Positions 17,998 through 27,208 are shown, numbered from the stretch's first letter. The stretch: 64,000 nt of DNA from Trueperaceae bacterium (GCA_034520945.1 JAXHNB010000006.1:648180-712179); one strand, 5' to 3'. Numbers and translations are program-made. The notes: a model not told the origin generated them from the letters alone.

Positions 17998-18087
17998 GGG
18001 GAGAGTGTACGGGTGGGCGGGCGAGGGTGGCGTCGGCTCGGGTGCTTGTAGATTCACTTCACGCGTACCACGAGGGTACGGCTCTCC

Positions 18088-18321
18088 TTAGGTTTTGCCT
18101 ATGCGGACGCGCCAGAGTTCGGGTCCGGATTCGAGGTACTCCCATTCGAGCAGGCCGGGGCGTTCGGCCTGGAACTGGTAGTACAGCGGCTTGGGATCGT
18201 GGTCGTTGACCAGCTCGTACGCTTCGCCGGGCGAGAGGTCGTCGAAGCGTTCGAACAGCAGGGGGTGGCGGTCGCGCGGTGGGATTTCCCGCACGTCGAT
18301 GCGTTCCTTCGGATCGGCCAT
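18088..18321 (-). CDS. DUF2249-domain protein
   Basis: 77 aa; IDVREIPPRDRHPLLFERFDDLSPGEAYELVNDHDPKPLYYQF. Confidence 0.7.
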   Translation of the reverse strand: MADPKERIDVREIPPRDRHPLLFERFDDLSPGEAYELVNDHDPKPLYYQFQAERPGLLEWEYLESGPELWRVRIGKT

Positions 18322-18446
18322 GATGAACCTCCGGGGTCGTGGGGTGCATGTAGGTGTCGTTGCTCTTGAGGGATCGTACGCCGAGCACGGTGAGCGTGCC
18401 GGCGCCAGCGATGAGCGCTTTGTGCTCGCCTTGGGCGACGTGCACC

Positions 18447-19723
18447 TGGACCTCCCCCGGGGCCGTGGACCGGGCTTGGGCGCCTTCGGTCATGCGGGCG
18501 CCGTCCTGCGAGCGTACTGGGTTTCCCACTCCGCTGGGGTGAGCATGCCCAGGGTGGAGTGGCGCCGACGCTGGTTGTAGGTCACCTCCAGCCAGAAGAA
18601 GATCGCGGTTCTCAGTTCCTCCTCGACCGCCACGCGTGGCGGTCGAGGAGTTCCGTCTGCAACGTCGCGAAGAAGCTTTCCATCACCGCGTTGTCGTGGG
18701 GGCTTCCCCGACCGCTCATGCTGCCCACCAGGCCGAACTGGGATAGCGTCTCGCCGAACCGGATCGAGGTGTACGCCGACCCGCGGTCGGAGTGGTGGAT
18801 GAGACCGCCGTTCACGTCGTGCCGCCCTGCGGCCATGCTGACGGCGTCGACGACCAGCTCGGTGGAGGCACTGTCGCCCATCGACCAGCCTTTGATCCGT
18901 TTCGATGCCGCATCGAGGACGGCCGCCAGGTACAACCAGCCGTCGTCCGTAAGGTGCTGCGTCACGTCCGCGTACCAAACGCGGTTGGGCTCCTCGACCT
19001 CGAAGGCGCGCTGCACCAGGTCCGGCGCGACGCGCTCCGCCAGCGAAGCCTCCTGCGCCTTCCTGCGGCCCTGCTTGCGGCGGTGCACGCCCTGCAGGCC
19101 CGCGGTCCGCATCAGGCGCTCCACGCGCTTCCTGGAGACGTACCAGCCGTGCTCCAGGCGCAGCTCGGCGTGCACCCTGGGCGAGCCGTACGTGCCGTCC
19201 GACGCCTCGTGAATCTCACGGATCACGCCCAACAGCTCATCGTCCTCCTGGGCCCTCTGGGACGGCGGGCGGTCCCGCCAGGCGTAGTACCCCGCCCGAG
19301 CAATGTTCAAGACGCGGCACATGGTCCTGACGCTGTGGTTCGCCTTCTCCGCATCGACGAACCGATACACGCTTACCGCGTGCGATCGGTCGTCCGTCGC
19401 GAAGAAGGCTGCCGCCTTTCGTAAGATCTCCCGTTCCTCACGCAACAAGCGATTCTCGCGCTTCAAACGGCGAATCTCCGCGCTTTCCTCGACCGCCTGC
19501 GGGTTCTCCTGGACTTCGGCGTCCCGCACCCACTTCCGGATCGAGTACGCGCTCACGTCGAGTTCCTCCGCCAGTTTCCGGAAGCCCTTGCCACTCTCCC
19601 GGTAGAGGCGTACGACCTCCTGTTTGTACTCGCTGCTGTACCGCTTGGCCATTCGGACCAGTCCCTTCCTTCCCGAAACCTACCAGGAAGCAGTCACATG
19701 GTCCACGAGGCAGGGGGAACTCC
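18447..19723 (-). mobile_element. IS3-family insertion sequence (about 1277 bp)
   Basis: Imperfect 25-bp terminal inverted repeats (tggacctcccccggggccgtggacc at 18447; reverse complement of 19699-19723 is tggagttccccctgcctcgtggacc; 19/25 match). Flanked by the 3-bp direct repeat ACC (18444-18446 and 19724-19726). Confidence 0.75.
18490..19652 (-). CDS. IS3-family transposase (OrfA-OrfB in one frame; C-terminal frame break near 18620)
   Basis: HTH MAKRYSSEYKQEVVRLY..., LRKAAAFFA junction, DDE core (WYADVT, HHSDRGSAYTS, PHDNAVMESFF). The last roughly 40 aa (EELRTAIFFWLEVTYNQRRRHSTLG) are in another frame. Confidence 0.8.
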
Positions 19724-19730
19724 AACCACG

Positions 19731-19976
19731 TCACCCTCGGGGGCGCGTGAGGATCTCCTCGAGTTCTGCGTACAGCGCGTGCGCCTGCGTTTCGCTCAGG
19801 CCTCGGATGCGGATGGCTTGCTCCAGCGTGACGGTCGCCGCCAGCGCGCTGCGCATGACGGGGTTCTGCAGCGGCGTGAATCCGTGGCGCACCAGGCAGG
19901 GCAGCACCTCGGGGGAGCGTTCCAGCAGGGTCGAGACGCGCGTATGCGCCAGCGAAGCGGGAGGGTCGGCCGTCAT
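19731..19976 (-). CDS. DUF1858-like small protein
   Basis: 81 aa from MTADPP; VSTLLERSPEVLPCLVRHGFTPLQNPVMRSALAATVTLEQAIRIRGL. Confidence 0.5.
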   Translation of the reverse strand: MTADPPASLAHTRVSTLLERSPEVLPCLVRHGFTPLQNPVMRSALAATVTLEQAIRIRGLSETQAHALYAELEEILTRPRG

Positions 19977-20022
19977 GCGCGTCACCGTGGCCGAGCCCAA
20001 CGGCGCCTCGCTATGACCGAGG

Positions 20023-20646
20023 TCAAACGCCGCGCAGGGAGGCGGTGTCCATATCGGCCGGTTCACCGCCGTTCTGGCTGCGCTGCGTTCCCACGACCTC
20101 GCTCACGAGGCGGTCGCACCACGCATCCAGCAGCTCGTCCACCCGCTCCTCCTCGCCGTCGTAGTTCAGCAGCAGGCCCACGAACATGTCCCCCCGCAAC
20201 GCGCGGGAGTCCTCGAAGTCGTAGCCGGCGTGCGGCCACGGCGCCACCAGCGTCGCCCCCGCCGCTTCGAAGCGTTCCGCGACGATGCCGAGGGCGTCGC
20301 CGAAGGTGTCGGGATAGAAGACCGGATCGCCGGCACCGAAGAGGGCGACGCGCACGCCCCGGAAGTCCTGACCCGTAAGCTCGTCCAGGCGGTCGTCCCA
20401 GTCGGCCTGCAACAGCCCGATGTCCCAGGTGGGGACACCGAGCGCAAGCACGTCGTACGACGTCAACGTGGCCGGTTCCACGACCCCCACGTCGAGGCAG
20501 GGCACTTTGGCGTCCAGCCGTCGCTCCAACCGCTCGGTGAGTCGCTTGGCGGCGTCCTCGGTGTTGCCCGAGGTGCTGCCGTACACCACGGCCATGCTGG
20601 GCGTCTCAGGAACGGTCGTGCGGGTCGGATCGGAGGAGGACGCCAT
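20023..20646 (-). CDS. long-chain flavodoxin
   Basis: MAVVYGSTSGNTEDAAKRL FMN-phosphate loop, WDIGLLQADWD, ALFGAGD. Confidence 0.85.
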   Translation of the reverse strand: MASSSDPTRTTVPETPSMAVVYGSTSGNTEDAAKRLTERLERRLDAKVPCLDVGVVEPATLTSYDVLALGVPTWDIGLLQADWDDRLDELTGQDFRGVRVALFGAGDPVFYPDTFGDALGIVAERFEAAGATLVAPWPHAGYDFEDSRALRGDMFVGLLLNYDGEEERVDELLDAWCDRLVSEVVGTQRSQNGGEPADMDTASLRGV

Positions 20647-20680
20647 GCGTGGCAGGATAGCGGCCCTCCCGCCAGGGCGC

Positions 20681-20696
20681 CTTGACGCAGGTCAAG
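20681..20696. promoter_or_regulatory. CRP/FNR-geometry box B (cTTGAC-GCAG-GTCAAg, perfect 16-bp palindrome)
   Basis: 35 nt separate the 14-mer from the flavodoxin ATG (20646, minus strand). TATCCT ends 7 nt before that ATG. Confidence 0.55.
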
Positions 20697-20816
20697 TTCG
20701 CCCGGTCGCGCGCCCGGGGGGCGGTCGCTGGACGAGCGCAGGTACGACGCGGCGGTTTCGACGCAGCCGCACGCGGGGCGGGCCTTCCGTGGAGGAGCGC
20801 TCCGGGTTGGGCAGGG

Positions 20817-20832
20817 CATGACGTGCGTCATG
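20817..20832. promoter_or_regulatory. CRP/FNR-geometry box C (cATGAC-GTGC-GTCATg, perfect 16-bp palindrome)
   Basis: 35 nt separate the 14-mer from the ATG at 20867. TAGGTT ends 6 nt before that ATG. Confidence 0.55.
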
Positions 20833-20866
20833 GCCCCGGCACGCGCTTGCAGGCTAGGTTCACCGC

Positions 20867-21115
20867 ATGAGTGACACCGTCGACGAGGTGCTCGACAATC
20901 GCGGCCTCGAACCCCCCATGCCGATGACGCGCACGCTGGAGGCGTACGAGGGCCTTGCGCCGGGCGGCCGCCTGCGGATCCACAACGACCGCGTGCCCAT
21001 CTACCTCCTGCCACAACTAGAGGAGCGCGGCGCCCGCTTCGAGATCGACGAACAGGTTGATGGCAGCGCCTTCGTCACCATCACCAAGCCCGAGGGCGAC
21101 GCGGCGGCGCGGTGA
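20867..21115 (+). CDS. DUF2249-domain protein
   Basis: 82 aa; LDNRGLEPPMPMTRTLEAYEGLAPGGRLRIHNDRVPIYLLPQLEERG. Confidence 0.65.
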   Translation: MSDTVDEVLDNRGLEPPMPMTRTLEAYEGLAPGGRLRIHNDRVPIYLLPQLEERGARFEIDEQVDGSAFVTITKPEGDAAAR

Positions 21116-22458
21116 CGTCCGCGCTTGCTGGGGGCAATGCCGTCCCTTTCGTGGTTCCGCTGCGCTTCTTGCTGAGTGGCGCCGTGGCCCTGGCTGCGTT
21201 CTGGACGGCGCTCGTGTTGCGTCCCAGCGCTGCGGTGGGGTACGCCGCCGCGCCGGATACGTTGGCGTTGGTGCATGTGCTCACGTTGGGGGTCGGCACG
21301 CTGGTGCTGGTGGGTGCCATGCATCAGTTGGTGCCGGTGCTGCTGGTCACGCACCTCTATGCTCCCGGGTGGGGGTTGGCGACGTTCCTGGGGTTGGGTG
21401 TGGGTTCGTTGGCGGTGGTGCTGGGTTTCGCCCTCGGGTCGCGCCCGGCGTGGTTGGCGGTGGGTGGCACCGTGGCGTGGCTGGCCGTCACGCTGTTCGT
21501 CCTGAACGTCGGCCTCACCGCCGCCCGCGTAGCGCGCCTCGACGCGCCCGCCGTGACGCTGCTGGTGGCGACGGCGTACCTGTGGTTGACGTTCACGCTG
21601 GGGACGCTGCTGGCGCTGGCGCGCGTCTGGCCCGCCCTGCAGGCGGCGCTCGGGTACGCCACGCCCGTCCACCTCTCCTTCGGCCTGCTTGGCGCGTTCG
21701 GGCTGGCCATCGCCGGTGCGGGCCATAAGCTCCTCTCGATGTTCACTCTGGCGCACGGTGTGCGCCTGGGCGCGCTCTGGGGCGTCCTCGGCTTCACGGT
21801 GGCCGGGACGGTGCTGCTGGTGGTGGTCACCTGGGGTCCCGCCGTGGGGTTCGGCGGCGGTCCGGGGGCGCTTACCTACGCCGCGTCCTGGGGGGCGCGC
21901 CTCGCCTTCCTGTTCGGGGGCGCGTGCTACGCCCTGGACGTCCGTCGGATCCTGCGCGCCCGCATACGCCGCAACCCGGACGTGGGCGTGCGGGGGTTCC
22001 TGGTCGGCATCGCAGGGTTCGTGCCGGCGGCGGCGGCGATGCTGGCGGGGCGCATCGACGTCGCGGTGACACTGGTGTTGGTGGGCGTCGTTCCGCTGGC
22101 CATCGCCGGCATGCTCGTCAAGATCTCGACGTTCCTGACCTGGCAGCACCGCTACGCGCGATGGGTGGGTCGCAGCCAGACGGGGCGGGGCACGCCGATG
22201 CTGTCCGACATGATCCGGCCGCGCCTGGGGTGGGTCACGATCATGGGCTTGGCGGCGGGGAGCCTGCTGGTGGCACTGGCGCGATTGCTGGACAGCGAAG
22301 CCGTCGCGGGCATTGCTGCCGTGCTGGGCGCCGTGGGCGCCTGGGCGCTGCTGGCGCACGTGGCGTGGATCGTCTTCGCCGAGCATGCGCCGAGCGGAGC
22401 GCAGGGCACGCCCCCCGCTCCGCCGGTGGAGAGGAGACAGGATGTCCGACCTTCGTGA
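21112..22458 (+). CDS. about 12-TM membrane protein with repeated His motifs (NnrS / heme-copper-oxidase-like)
   Basis: 448 aa; LVHVLTLGVGTLVLVGAMHQLVPVL and VHLSFGLLGAFGLAIAGAGHKLLSMF. ATGA-type overlap with DUF2249. Confidence 0.55.
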   Translation: MTSALAGGNAVPFVVPLRFLLSGAVALAAFWTALVLRPSAAVGYAAAPDTLALVHVLTLGVGTLVLVGAMHQLVPVLLVTHLYAPGWGLATFLGLGVGSLAVVLGFALGSRPAWLAVGGTVAWLAVTLFVLNVGLTAARVARLDAPAVTLLVATAYLWLTFTLGTLLALARVWPALQAALGYATPVHLSFGLLGAFGLAIAGAGHKLLSMFTLAHGVRLGALWGVLGFTVAGTVLLVVVTWGPAVGFGGGPGALTYAASWGARLAFLFGGACYALDVRRILRARIRRNPDVGVRGFLVGIAGFVPAAAAMLAGRIDVAVTLVLVGVVPLAIAGMLVKISTFLTWQHRYARWVGRSQTGRGTPMLSDMIRPRLGWVTIMGLAAGSLLVALARLLDSEAVAGIAAVLGAVGAWALLAHVAWIVFAEHAPSGAQGTPPAPPVERRQDVRPS

Positions 22459-22798
22459 CGAGATTCGGGGTGACGTCGCCGTCACCGAGATGAACCCCAG
22501 CGTTGATCCGCAGGAGGTGGTGCGCGGCATGGCGAGCGTCATCGATCCCGAGCTGGGATTGGATGTGGTGTCGCTCGGCCTGGTGTACGAGGTGCACGTG
22601 GTGGGGGGTGATGTGACCGTCATCATGACGCTCACCACGCCGGGATGCCCGCTGCACGGCATCATCAGCGCCGACGCCAGCGAGAAGGTCGGCGCGCTGC
22701 CGGGCGTGGACAGTGTCGATGTGCAGCTGGTTTGGGATCCGGCCTGGACGCCGGACATGATCTCAGAGGAGGGCAGGAGCAAGCTGTTCTGGCTGTGA
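22442..22798 (+). CDS. DUF59 / SufT-like Fe-S assembly protein
   Basis: VVRGMASVIDPELGLDVVSLGLVYEV...TLTTPGCPLHG. Overlaps the upstream gene by 17 nt. Confidence 0.8.
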   Translation: MSDLRDEIRGDVAVTEMNPSVDPQEVVRGMASVIDPELGLDVVSLGLVYEVHVVGGDVTVIMTLTTPGCPLHGIISADASEKVGALPGVDSVDVQLVWDPAWTPDMISEEGRSKLFWL

Positions 22799-22839
22799 GC
22801 CGGCCCTTGCTACCTCGGTTTGGGCGCCCCCCCCCGGGG

Positions 22840-23393
22840 TCAGGGAGCGCTGCATGTCGTCGATGCGTTCGCTGATGCGGATGCCGCGCCGGCACGATCT
22901 CGGGCTGATGGTGGTGCCGGGCCTCGTGTCGTGCCCTCGGTCACACCTGGCAACCCCGGGTACGATCCAATCCGAACTTCGGCGTATTCGATGGCACGAA
23001 GGTCAGCGGCGTGGCGAACGGCCGCGTCGAGGGTGACGATACGTGCGTTTAAGCCTCCCGCAAAGGCGAGGTGCAGTGCGTCGAGGCGCGTAGGCTCGTG
23101 CGCCGCGCAAGCAGCCACGCCGTGGCGCGCTCGTAGTGGACCGCGGTGAGGGGTCGGATCTGGAAGCGGCTGGCTTGGAGATCCTGCTCGAATGCCGCTT
23201 CGATACGGTTAGCTTCCACTTCGCTGATCTGGCGCATGCGGGTCCAACGTGCCAGCGCGGAAGTGAACTCGACGCGCGTCAGTTGACGGATCAGCACAGC
23301 CTCTTCTTGGCGTCGCAGCAAATCCTCTACGGCTTCGCTGTGCCGTTCGAGCCGGTAGTAGGGCAGGAGCGCGCTGGTGTCGAAGTACAGCAC
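22840..23393 (-). pseudogene. vapC: PIN-domain toxin VapC, frameshifted near 23100
   Basis: MLYFDTSALLPYY... is in frame 23393. The conserved LDALHLAFAGGLNARIVTLD continues in frame 23118. Confidence 0.6.
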
Positions 23394-23636
23394 TCAGTAC
23401 CGCTCATCGTCTCGAAGGCTGCGCACCGTTTCGGCCGCTGACTCCTTCATCGAGGGTAGCTGACGCCGCAACTCGCTTCGGTCAGGGAAAGGCGACATCG
23501 GTCGTTCGACGGGAACGAGTCGTGCCGCCGGTCGTCCTCGGCGAACGATCACGATCTCCTCCCCCGCAGCCACCGCGTCGAGGAGGTCTGAGAGTCGCTC
23601 GCGTGCGTCTCGCACGTTCACGGTTTCCATACGCAC
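23394..23636 (-). CDS. Phd/YefM-type antitoxin
   Basis: METVNVRDARERLSDLLDAVAAGEEIVIVRRGRPAARLVP. Abuts the vapC start. Confidence 0.75.
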   Translation of the reverse strand: MRMETVNVRDARERLSDLLDAVAAGEEIVIVRRGRPAARLVPVERPMSPFPDRSELRRQLPSMKESAAETVRSLRDDERY

Positions 23637-23870
23637 TTCCCGTGTGTACTCGTCTAGTGTACGTCAACCCGTGTCAGCGCTCCCTGCCTTGCGCAGCCCG
23701 TCTCTTCACCTTCCTTCACGTACGGTATCGTTTTCCCGAAGCACGCTTTGCGGTGAGTGCGACGCAACCCGTCGCAGCGCCGTGCCATACCGGGACACAC
23801 GCGGCAGGACCCGGACCGAGCCGGGCGCCGGCCGACGCGACCGCCCCCAGGACGAAGGGATTCGCGCTTC

Positions 23871-24197
23871 TTGGACATCTTCGATTTCCGCGAGCACCTG
23901 ATCGGCGATTACGCCGATTACGTGCGGTCGTTCATCCACATTCGCGACGCGCGCATCCGAGACCAGGTCGAGGGCGCTTTGAAGGACGGACGCCTGTGGC
24001 CGCAGCCGCTGCTGCAGCTCAACCCGTCGTTCGAGCCGGGTGGGTCGCTGGATGCCTTGGTGCGCGAGGGCGTCCTGCACTCGCGGACGCCGGAGGTGTT
24101 CCGCGTGGGCAAGTCGGTGGTGGATCCGCGGGGCCGACCGCTCCCGGCGCACCGGCAGCTTCGCGCAACAGACACGGAGGCTGAGCAACTTGTTTGA
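23871..24197 (+). pseudogene. N-terminal remnant (about 100 aa) of a large DEAD/DEAH-box helicase
   Basis: LDIFDFREHLIGDYADYVRSFIHIRDARI...GRLWPQPLLQLNPSFEPGGSLDALV is the leader region of >1000-aa defence-associated helicases. Reading ends before the first helicase motif. Confidence 0.45.
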
Positions 24198-24204
24198 CAA
24201 GTTG
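24186..24204. promoter_or_regulatory. perfect 8-3-8 palindrome CAACTTGT-ttg-ACAAGTTG (candidate FadR/GntR operator)
   Basis: Fits the GntR-type T.GT-N-AC.A pattern, 35 nt upstream of the FadR-type gene start. Confidence 0.5.
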
Positions 24205-24238
24205 TAAGGTCGTTTCATCGAAGGCAGGAGGCAATGGC

Positions 24239-25033
24239 ATGGTCGAGATCGGCGTAGAGCACGCGATGCTGACCAAAGGCCGCAAGCCGGGTCCGTCGTC
24301 TGGTAGCAAGTCGCAGTGCATCGCGCAGGCGCTAGCGTCCGCCATCGTCGCGGGGAATCTGTCCGATGGCGCGTTTCTTCCTCCTGAGAACGAGCTCGCG
24401 GCGCGGTTCGAAGTGAGCAGGCCGATCGTGAGGGAGGCGCTTCACAAGGTCGCTGGCGCAGGCTTGGTGGAGTCCCGGCACGGCATCGGCACGTACGTGA
24501 AGCCCGAGTCGTCGTGGGGTCTATTCGACTCGCTGGTGATGGAAGCCTACGTCGCGACTGGGAACCTGCCGCGCGTACTGAACGAGATCATCGAGCTCAG
24601 GCGTATGGTCGAAGTCGAAGCGGCCGGGAACGCGGCTGCAAGGATAGGCCAAGTGGGGCTCGCGCGGCTCGGCGACTGGCTCGAGCAAATGGACGACGTC
24701 ATCGCGGATCCCGATCGGACGGCCCGAGCCGACATCGCATTCCATGATGCGATCGTGGCCGTCACCGAGAACCGGTTTCTCGTGGCGATCGCGCGTCAGC
24801 CCAGGCGACTCCTGCTCGAGGCGCGTCATCTCACCTCCACGGCCGGTGGGCTGAGCGGCCGAAGGCGGGCGTTGGACGAGCATAGGCGCGTGTATGACGC
24901 AATCCGTGAGGGGAACGGCGAGGAGGCCCGGGAGGCCATGAGCGTTCACGTGAGCAACTCGGAGGCTGATCTCCGGCGTGCGATTCTCCGTGAAGGCGGC
25001 GACCACGCTTCGGGCCGAGGGGACGATCGCTAG
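24239..25033 (+). CDS. GntR/FadR-family regulator (FCD domain)
   Basis: LPPENELAARFEVSRPIVREALHKVAGAGLVESRHGIGTYV plus a helical FCD-like C-terminus. AGGAGG lies 10 nt before the ATG at 24239. Confidence 0.8.
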   Translation: MVEIGVEHAMLTKGRKPGPSSGSKSQCIAQALASAIVAGNLSDGAFLPPENELAARFEVSRPIVREALHKVAGAGLVESRHGIGTYVKPESSWGLFDSLVMEAYVATGNLPRVLNEIIELRRMVEVEAAGNAAARIGQVGLARLGDWLEQMDDVIADPDRTARADIAFHDAIVAVTENRFLVAIARQPRRLLLEARHLTSTAGGLSGRRRALDEHRRVYDAIREGNGEEAREAMSVHVSNSEADLRRAILREGGDHASGRGDDR

Positions 25034-26211
25034 TGCGTATTGCGGCCGTCAATACTTGGTTCGTCGAAGGCATCAAGTACAACTGGTGTTTCATCAAGGT
25101 TGAGACCGAGAACGGACTGTACGGGTACGGCGAGGCGACCAACTGGCCGGGCTCCCCGCTGGTGGAGGCGGCGTGTCGGCACGTCGGAGAGCGGATCGTG
25201 GGTCTGGACGCACGCCGAATCGACTTCATGTGGACGAAGCTGTACAAGGACATGAACTGGCTGGGTCAGGCGGGTCCCGTTGCTGAGTGCCATGAGCGCC
25301 GTGGACATGGCGCTTATGGGACATACAGGGCAAGGCATTGGGCGCTGCCCGTGTACCAGCTCCTTGGCGGCGCCTATCGGGAACGGATCGAACTGTACGC
25401 CAACTACTGGTTCACCGGTGCGGAACATACTGCGTCCGACTACGCCCGTGATGCGAAGCGGGCCGTCGACGCTGGCTTCGACGCCCTCAAGTTCGACCCC
25501 TTCTCGCATGTCGACTACCTTTACGGTGAGCACTTGGCGCCTGCGCTTGGACTCAGTTCTGCAGCAGAAGGAGCGGGCGATCGACGTTGACGCGGGCCGT
25601 TCAGGATGCGCGGTCGGTCGCACGTCCCATTGGCTCTCGAAACGCATGCCATGCTGAACGGCGCGACCGCGGTCGAGATGGCGAGACCGGATCGCGCAGG
25701 CGGGGATCAATTGCATGTGGTACGAGGAGCCGTGCCCGCCGGAAGTACCAGACGCGATCGCGGACGTGCGCCGCCAGGATTTCGCGTTGCCTGTCGCGGT
25801 GGGCGAGCGCCTGCCACAGCCGGTACATGTTTCGGCCCGTGCTCGAGAAGCAAGCGGCGGACGTGCTCGATGCCCGATATCACCCGCTGTGGCGGCGTGA
25901 GCGAGATGCGCAAGATCGCCAACGCTGGCGGAGACCTTCAACCTGCCCATCGCGCCACACAACCCGAACGGTCCTTTGTCGACCATCGCCTCGGCGCATG
26001 TGATGGCGTGCGATTCCGAACTTCATGCGGCTGGAATTCATGTTCGACGACGTGCCATGGCGTGACGAGGTTCTCGATGCCTGAAGGGATGCCCATCGAT
26101 CGCGGGAGTGTTCGTGCTCCCCGACCGTCCCGGACTGGGGTTTTCGACTCGACGAGGGCGTCCTCGAGGCGCCATCCGGGCATCGTCGACCAGGAGGGCT
26201 ACTACGTATGA
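25033..26211 (+). pseudogene. enolase-superfamily (mandelate racemase / acid-sugar dehydratase) gene, many frame breaks
   Basis: Family motifs are scattered over all three frames: ...GYGEATNWPGS..., SAVDMAL / WDIQGKALGA / PVYQLLGG within about 70 nt, MWYEEPCPPE, and the PDITRCGGVSEMRKIANA-type segment. Confidence 0.75.
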
Positions 26212-26227
26212 TGGGTGGAACGGGCAT

Positions 26228-27208
26228 ATGACGGTCGTGATCACGAAGAAGATGCCGGAGGCTCTCGTTGCCCAGGAGCTTCCCGGTGTCGACGTCGTCC
26301 AGGGTCCAGATGGGCGTGCGTGGTCGCGAGAGCAAGTGATCCCGTACCTGGCCAGCGCTGAAGCCCTGATCACCTGGGGCTTCTTGAAGGTCGACGACGA
26401 CGCTCCTGTCGCACGCCCCGAACTTGAAGGTCGTTGCCAACGCTGCAGCGGGCGTGAACAACCTGGACGTCTGACGCAGCTCGACCCGCCACGGGGTGTG
26501 GGCCACGAACGTGCCCGACGCGTTCGCGGTGCCGACCGCCGAGGTCGCGATCGGTCTTGATGGTCTCCCTCATGAGACGCATCAGCGAGGGAGAACGGTA
26601 CCTGCGTGCCGGCGAATGGAAGGAGATCGGAGCCCGGTCGCTTCGACGGCGTCTCGCTCGCGGGGAAGCGGCTTGGCCTGGTGGGCTTCGGTCGTATTGG
26701 CACGAGAGGTGGCACGCCGGGCGACGCGCGTTCGGCATGGACGTGATGCTACACGAGGCGCGGAGGCGTCGAGACGGCGAAGCTGCTCGAAGATGGGAAC
26801 GCGACGTATCGCTCTCTCGACGAGCTCCTCGAGGCAGCGGACGTCGTCTCGCTCCATACGCCACTCACGGAGGAGACGCGCCACCTGATCGATGTCTGCC
26901 ATGCTCGCGAAGATGAAGCCGACCGCGTTCTTGGTGAACACGGCTCGTGGCAACGTGGTCGATCAGGATGCCCTGATCGACGCGCTCGCCAGCGGTCGCC
27001 TTGCCGGTGCTGGCCTGGATGTGTTTGCCGACGAGCCCGCGTTCCCGAGCGTCTACTCGCACTCGACGACGTCGTCGTGACGCCACATTTGGGCGGTGCA
27101 TCCGTCGAGTCCCGGTGGGAGGCGTACCGGCAGGCGCTCGAAAACGTCCGGCTCGTGTTCGAGGGGCGAGAACCACGCTCGCCCGTCAACCGGGGAATGT
27201 TCCTCTAG
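26228..27208 (+). pseudogene. D-isomer-specific 2-hydroxyacid dehydrogenase, many frame breaks
   Basis: MTVVITKKMPEAL... (frame 26108), the GLVGFGRIG-type segment in another frame, [37 protein letters not shown] (frame 26892), and the VVVTPHLGG tail in a third frame. Confidence 0.7.

Noticed and set aside
18059-18529. 156-aa minus-strand ORF crossing the left IS end.
   Set aside because: It spans the IS inverted repeat, the spacer and the DUF2249 gene in a different frame, and has no motifs.
21001-22782. 593-aa ORF on the minus strand, the longest in this area.
   Set aside because: It is antisense to the DUF2249 / 12-TM / DUF59 genes. The sequence is Arg/Gly/Pro/His-rich and low-complexity with no motifs. 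This is a typical shadow ORF in GC-rich DNA.
23640-23665. Direct repeat GTGTAC-N7-GTGTAC upstream of the Phd-type antitoxin as an operator.
   Set aside because: It consists of only two 6-mers and has no dyad symmetry. It could easily arise by chance.
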